Shown here: positions 58,491 through 60,999 of the stretch, piece by piece
How positions within the stretch are numbered: position 1 is the stretch's first letter
Layout of the letters: each line of letters starts with the position of its first letter
Virus record (IMG/VR): IMGVR_UViG_3300033148_005313
Coordinates: 1 to 60,999 of that record
DNA from: a virus
Taxonomy: Duplodnaviria > Caudoviricetes
Length of the DNA stretch: 60,999 nucleotides
Direction: 5' to 3' (one strand)
Made by a program: the position numbers and the translations under genes
Notes under the pieces: model-generated
What the model saw: only the letters and a program-made list of their open reading frames with translations
What the model was told of the DNA's origin: nothing
Database searches by the model: none

Positions 58491-58785
58491 CGTTGAGTTG
58501 CGTTACGGCGTAGTGTGAGGCGAAGTGCTGTGCTGTAGGGCATGGCAGCGAAAAGCGGCGTGGAGCGGGGCAATGTCCTACAGGCAATGATGGCGAACAT
58601 CGTTGAGTTGAGGGGCGCAGCGACGAGCTGTAGTGCAAAGTATCGCGAAGTGATGCACGGCGGCGTGAAGCGAAGTGGTGGACGACACTATGATAGCAGA
58701 CATCGTTGAGTTGAGGTGCAAAGCGATGAGGCGTACCGCGCGGCAAAGCGCTGCGTGGTGTTGAGCCGTGGAGCGCAGCGATGTC
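58491..58785 (-). ncRNA. Array of three pentamer-periodic units A (58704-58785), B (58601-58682) and C (58491-58577), candidate guide RNAs
   Basis: 16, 16 and 17 in-phase YDC-NN pentamers, each ending CAACTCAACG; linkers begin ATGT(CT/TC)GC(T/C)ATCAT. Confidence 0.8.
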
Positions 58786-58794
58786 ATCACACAG

Positions 58795-59304
58795 TCAGTC
58801 TATCGGGAGTACCAGCCCGTCGCCGGCGTCGCGCTCTCCGCCCTCGTGCGGCTGCACCCGCAGGCCGGGGATCGCGGCCGGCTCGTCGGCGTCCCTGGCT
58901 CGGAGGTACTCTGTGATGGCGTTGTTCGTGATCGGCGGCGCCTCGGCGCGAACGGCGGAGAGCTGCGCGTGGAGACGGTCGGGCTCGAGGGAGGAGGCTA
59001 CCTGCCTGCCCTTGGGTCGACGCAACTTGGCGACCTGCGCCTCGAGGGTGATGATCGCTACGTCCTTCCTCTCGATCTCGGCACCAGCCAAGTCGAGGTA
59101 CGCCCACGACTTCTTCGCCCGCGCCTCCGCACGCTCGCGCTTCTCCTCGAGGCCGTTGGCCGTCGCGATCATCGCGTAGGACCAGGCCGTCGTGTGCTCG
59201 CCCAGTTCGGAGAACAGCGACCACAGGTGGCGCCTCGCGCGCCAGAGCGACCGCAGCGTCTCGAAGAACGTCGGGGCCCGCTGTCTCTTAGGAATCGGGA
59301 TCAC
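58795..59304 (-). CDS. Coiled-coil hypothetical protein
   Basis: GGAGGTG start; ends 10 nt before unit A. Confidence 0.55.
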   Translation of the reverse strand: MIPIPKRQRAPTFFETLRSLWRARRHLWSLFSELGEHTTAWSYAMIATANGLEEKRERAEARAKKSWAYLDLAGAEIERKDVAIITLEAQVAKLRRPKGRQVASSLEPDRLHAQLSAVRAEAPPITNNAITEYLRARDADEPAAIPGLRVQPHEGGERDAGDGLVLPID

Positions 59305-59494
59305 CTCCTCGGGCCGGTGCCGGCGCAGCCACGACTTCTATCCGCAGCAATGTGGTGTCTCTCGCCGCATAGGTGCCGACCTGCATCTTGCAAAGACGCG
59401 CGGCGATGAAGCGCTCCAGCACCTTTCGGATTCCCGGTTCGTCGGACTCGACCTCGATCCGCAAGGCAACGTCGAATATAGAGGACCGCATCAC
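59288..59494 (-). CDS. Hypothetical protein
   Basis: Coupled overlaps with neighbours. Confidence 0.45.
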   Translation of the reverse strand: MMRSSIFDVALRIEVESDEPGIRKVLERFIAARLCKMQVGTYAARDTTLLRIEVVAAPAPARGGDPDS

Positions 59495-60009
59495 CCCTCA
59501 CCCCCCATCTCCGTCGTCGGCTCGACCGGCGCGCCCTTCGTGAACTGGTCCAGCGGGCACCATCCGGCGTAAAGGTCATCGAGGGGAATCGGAACACGAT
59601 CCTCGTTGTCCGTCACGGCATCGCGGACCTTGACGATCTCCCTTCGTTCGACGCCGTCGTTCGCGTAGGCGATGTTGACCACGTGGACGCACCGCAGGCT
59701 TGACCGATGAACCCATTCGGCGTGAGGCTCGGCCCGCACGAACCGGCCCGCCTTTGCCAGTTCGTTGCCCGTCCTCAGCGCCGCGCGGAGCGCGACCCAC
59801 GCCGCCTGCTTCGCCGACTCGTAGCCGTAGGCCGAGAAGCCGCGGACCGCGGTCGGAACGCCCGTGCCCTCGTCTCCGACGAAGACGTTGGCGCCGACTA
59901 TGGGGCCACCGCCGGGTAGACAGTCCTTCTTCTCGCGCAGCGACTCGTCGCGTCCGCGCCACATCCAGAACGTGTAGAACTCGACGGACTCAACAGGGAT
60001 CATCGTCAT
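59491..60009 (-). CDS. Hypothetical protein
   Basis: 172 aa ORF in the gene stream. Confidence 0.55.
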   Translation of the reverse strand: MTMIPVESVEFYTFWMWRGRDESLREKKDCLPGGGPIVGANVFVGDEGTGVPTAVRGFSAYGYESAKQAAWVALRAALRTGNELAKAGRFVRAEPHAEWVHRSSLRCVHVVNIAYANDGVERREIVKVRDAVTDNEDRVPIPLDDLYAGWCPLDQFTKGAPVEPTTEMGGEG

Positions 60010-60013
60010 CGCC

Positions 60014-60214
60014 TCACCACCTCCCGTCGCAGATCGCCGCCGGCGAACGAGGCGGCGCGTCCATCGCCCGGGCGACGTGGCGCCCGAGCGTCACGACCAA
60101 CGTCGCGGAGACCGCGAGCAACGTCAACCAGGCCAGAAGGCACCCGACGCCGCGGCTGATTGACCAACCGATTCGCACCCGCCTGCGCGGGCGCTTGATC
60201 AGGAACCAGCCCAT
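60014..60214 (-). CDS. Small membrane protein
   Basis: Single hydrophobic segment. Confidence 0.45.
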   Translation of the reverse strand: MGWFLIKRPRRRVRIGWSISRGVGCLLAWLTLLAVSATLVVTLGRHVARAMDAPPRSPAAICDGRW

Positions 60215-60216
60215 GA

Positions 60217-60501
60217 TTATCCGTCCCCTTTCTCGATAAGAAAACGGACGAGTAAGCGATCGAGACGCGCCTCGATCCTGGCAGGCAGGTGTTCAAGCTG
60301 AGCAGCGATGCCGCCGAGGACCTCGACTTGCCTCGCGTGAGCGCAAGCGCCACGTCGATCCGGGTCGGTCGCGTTTGGACGATGCACCCACAGCGCGCAC
60401 TTCCCCTCGTCGCAGTCGGGCTGAACTTGGTGCAACGGCTGACCATCTACTTCTCCGGTTTTCCGTACCATCATGGACTCTTTGATAGGACACAGCATCA
60501 C
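60217..60501 (-). CDS. Hypothetical protein (CP...C...CALW...C motif)
   Basis: Cys pattern shared with 29787..30185. Confidence 0.55.
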   Translation of the reverse strand: MMLCPIKESMMVRKTGEVDGQPLHQVQPDCDEGKCALWVHRPNATDPDRRGACAHARQVEVLGGIAAQLEHLPARIEARLDRLLVRFLIEKGDG

Positions 60502-60839
60502 ACTTCCTCCCCTCCCCGCGCCGCGCGGTGCGCGTCGATCCAGGCGTCGACCGCTTCAACCGAACCCCAGCACACCGACGGCAGCTCGTTGACGACGAAC
60601 TTGGCGATGTTGACGAACGCCTCCTGGCTCGCCTCGTCCGCGCGGCAGACCGAGCCCGTGAAGTCGTTGGTCAGGACGGCTCGGAGGAAGTCGCCGGTCG
60701 GGCGGCCGTCGACGACGTAGCACGACAGCCCCTCCAGGATGCCCAGAGGGATCTTGAGCGCGTACCTCTTCGCCGCGGCGGCCATGTCCAGCACGAGCGC
60801 CTCTCGCGTCGTCTTGAGTCCGCAGATGTTTAGGTTCAT
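60498..60839 (-). CDS. Conserved phage hypothetical protein
   Basis: G.PTGDFLRAVL.ND...RAD...P..CWGS...V..W. Confidence 0.65.
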   Translation of the reverse strand: MNLNICGLKTTREALVLDMAAAAKRYALKIPLGILEGLSCYVVDGRPTGDFLRAVLTNDFTGSVCRADEASQEAFVNIAKFVVNELPSVCWGSVEAVDAWIDAHRAARGGEEV

Positions 60840-60999
60840 CGGTCACCTTCCTCCCGTCAGCAGTTCGGTCAGCACACAGGCCCACCCCATCACGCCGAGC
60901 ATGATCACCACAGCAGGACCGCGTCTCGGCCCGAGCAACTTCTCCGAACTGTCGACGATCACTAACGCGCAGCGATAGCCGAACCACAGCACCAGCACC

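Larger units (their letters stand above)
1..60999 (-). mobile_element. Tailed phage/prophage genome segment (siphovirus-like)
   Basis: Co-oriented terminase, portal, protease, capsid, connector, tail tube, chaperone and tape measure genes plus a phage-type replication module; no host housekeeping genes; genome ends not visible. Confidence 0.95.

Noticed and set aside
58491-58713. Classical CRISPR array interpretation of the CAACTCAACG repeats
   Set aside because: The repeat is only 10-24 nt, the spacing is 103-110 nt, the intervening sequence is itself periodic, and there is no cas1/cas2. Reported instead as a distinct system.
57159-58790. ORFs 57159..57857, 57709..57921, 58336..58746 and 58578..58790 with repeated (T/P)QLND peptides
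   Set aside because: They are translations of the pentamer arrays. The conservation has period 5, not 3, and three of the four overlap better-supported genes in other frames.
36-60978. Many long plus-strand ORFs (e.g. 24363..26660, 36195..37838, 933..2384)
   Set aside because: Antisense shadows of minus-strand genes in high-GC DNA; no motifs or RBSs
1-60999. tRNA, integrase/att site, reverse transcriptase/DGR
   Set aside because: None recognised by eye; tRNAscan-SE and HMM searches would be needed to exclude them

Overview
This window is about 61 kb of a high-GC tailed (siphovirus-like) phage or prophage genome, with essentially all real genes on the minus strand. No integrase, tRNA, rRNA or classical CRISPR array was seen. 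Read right to left, it contains four modules. (1) Early and replication genes: HTH protein, SNF2 helicase, C2H2 zinc-finger protein, SMC/Rad50-like ATPase, SSB-like protein, RepB-type primase, UvrD-like helicase, RuvC-like resolvase, 3D-domain protein and ASCH protein. (2) DNA modification: three amino-methyltransferases, two ParB-like domains and two tandem GREB1/TAGT-like glycosyltransferases. (3) Packaging and head: TerS, TerL, portal, MuF-like protein, protease/scaffold and major capsid, interleaved with many small accessory genes. (4) Tail: connectors, tail tube, frameshifted chaperone pair, tape measure and tail-tip proteins. The standout is at 57.2-58.8 kb, where a stand-alone Cas7/RAMP-like gene is flanked by four non-coding units built from strictly 5-nt-periodic YDC-NN pentamers (C at position 3 in 73 of 74 pentamers). 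Each unit ends in CAACTCAACG. This looks like an RNA-guided system whose guides carry information only in spaced dinucleotides. Second, the UvrD helicase Walker A motif is split by a 4-nt TGAC insert that forms the loop of a perfect hairpin. All product calls come from motifs recognised by eye; no database searches were run.
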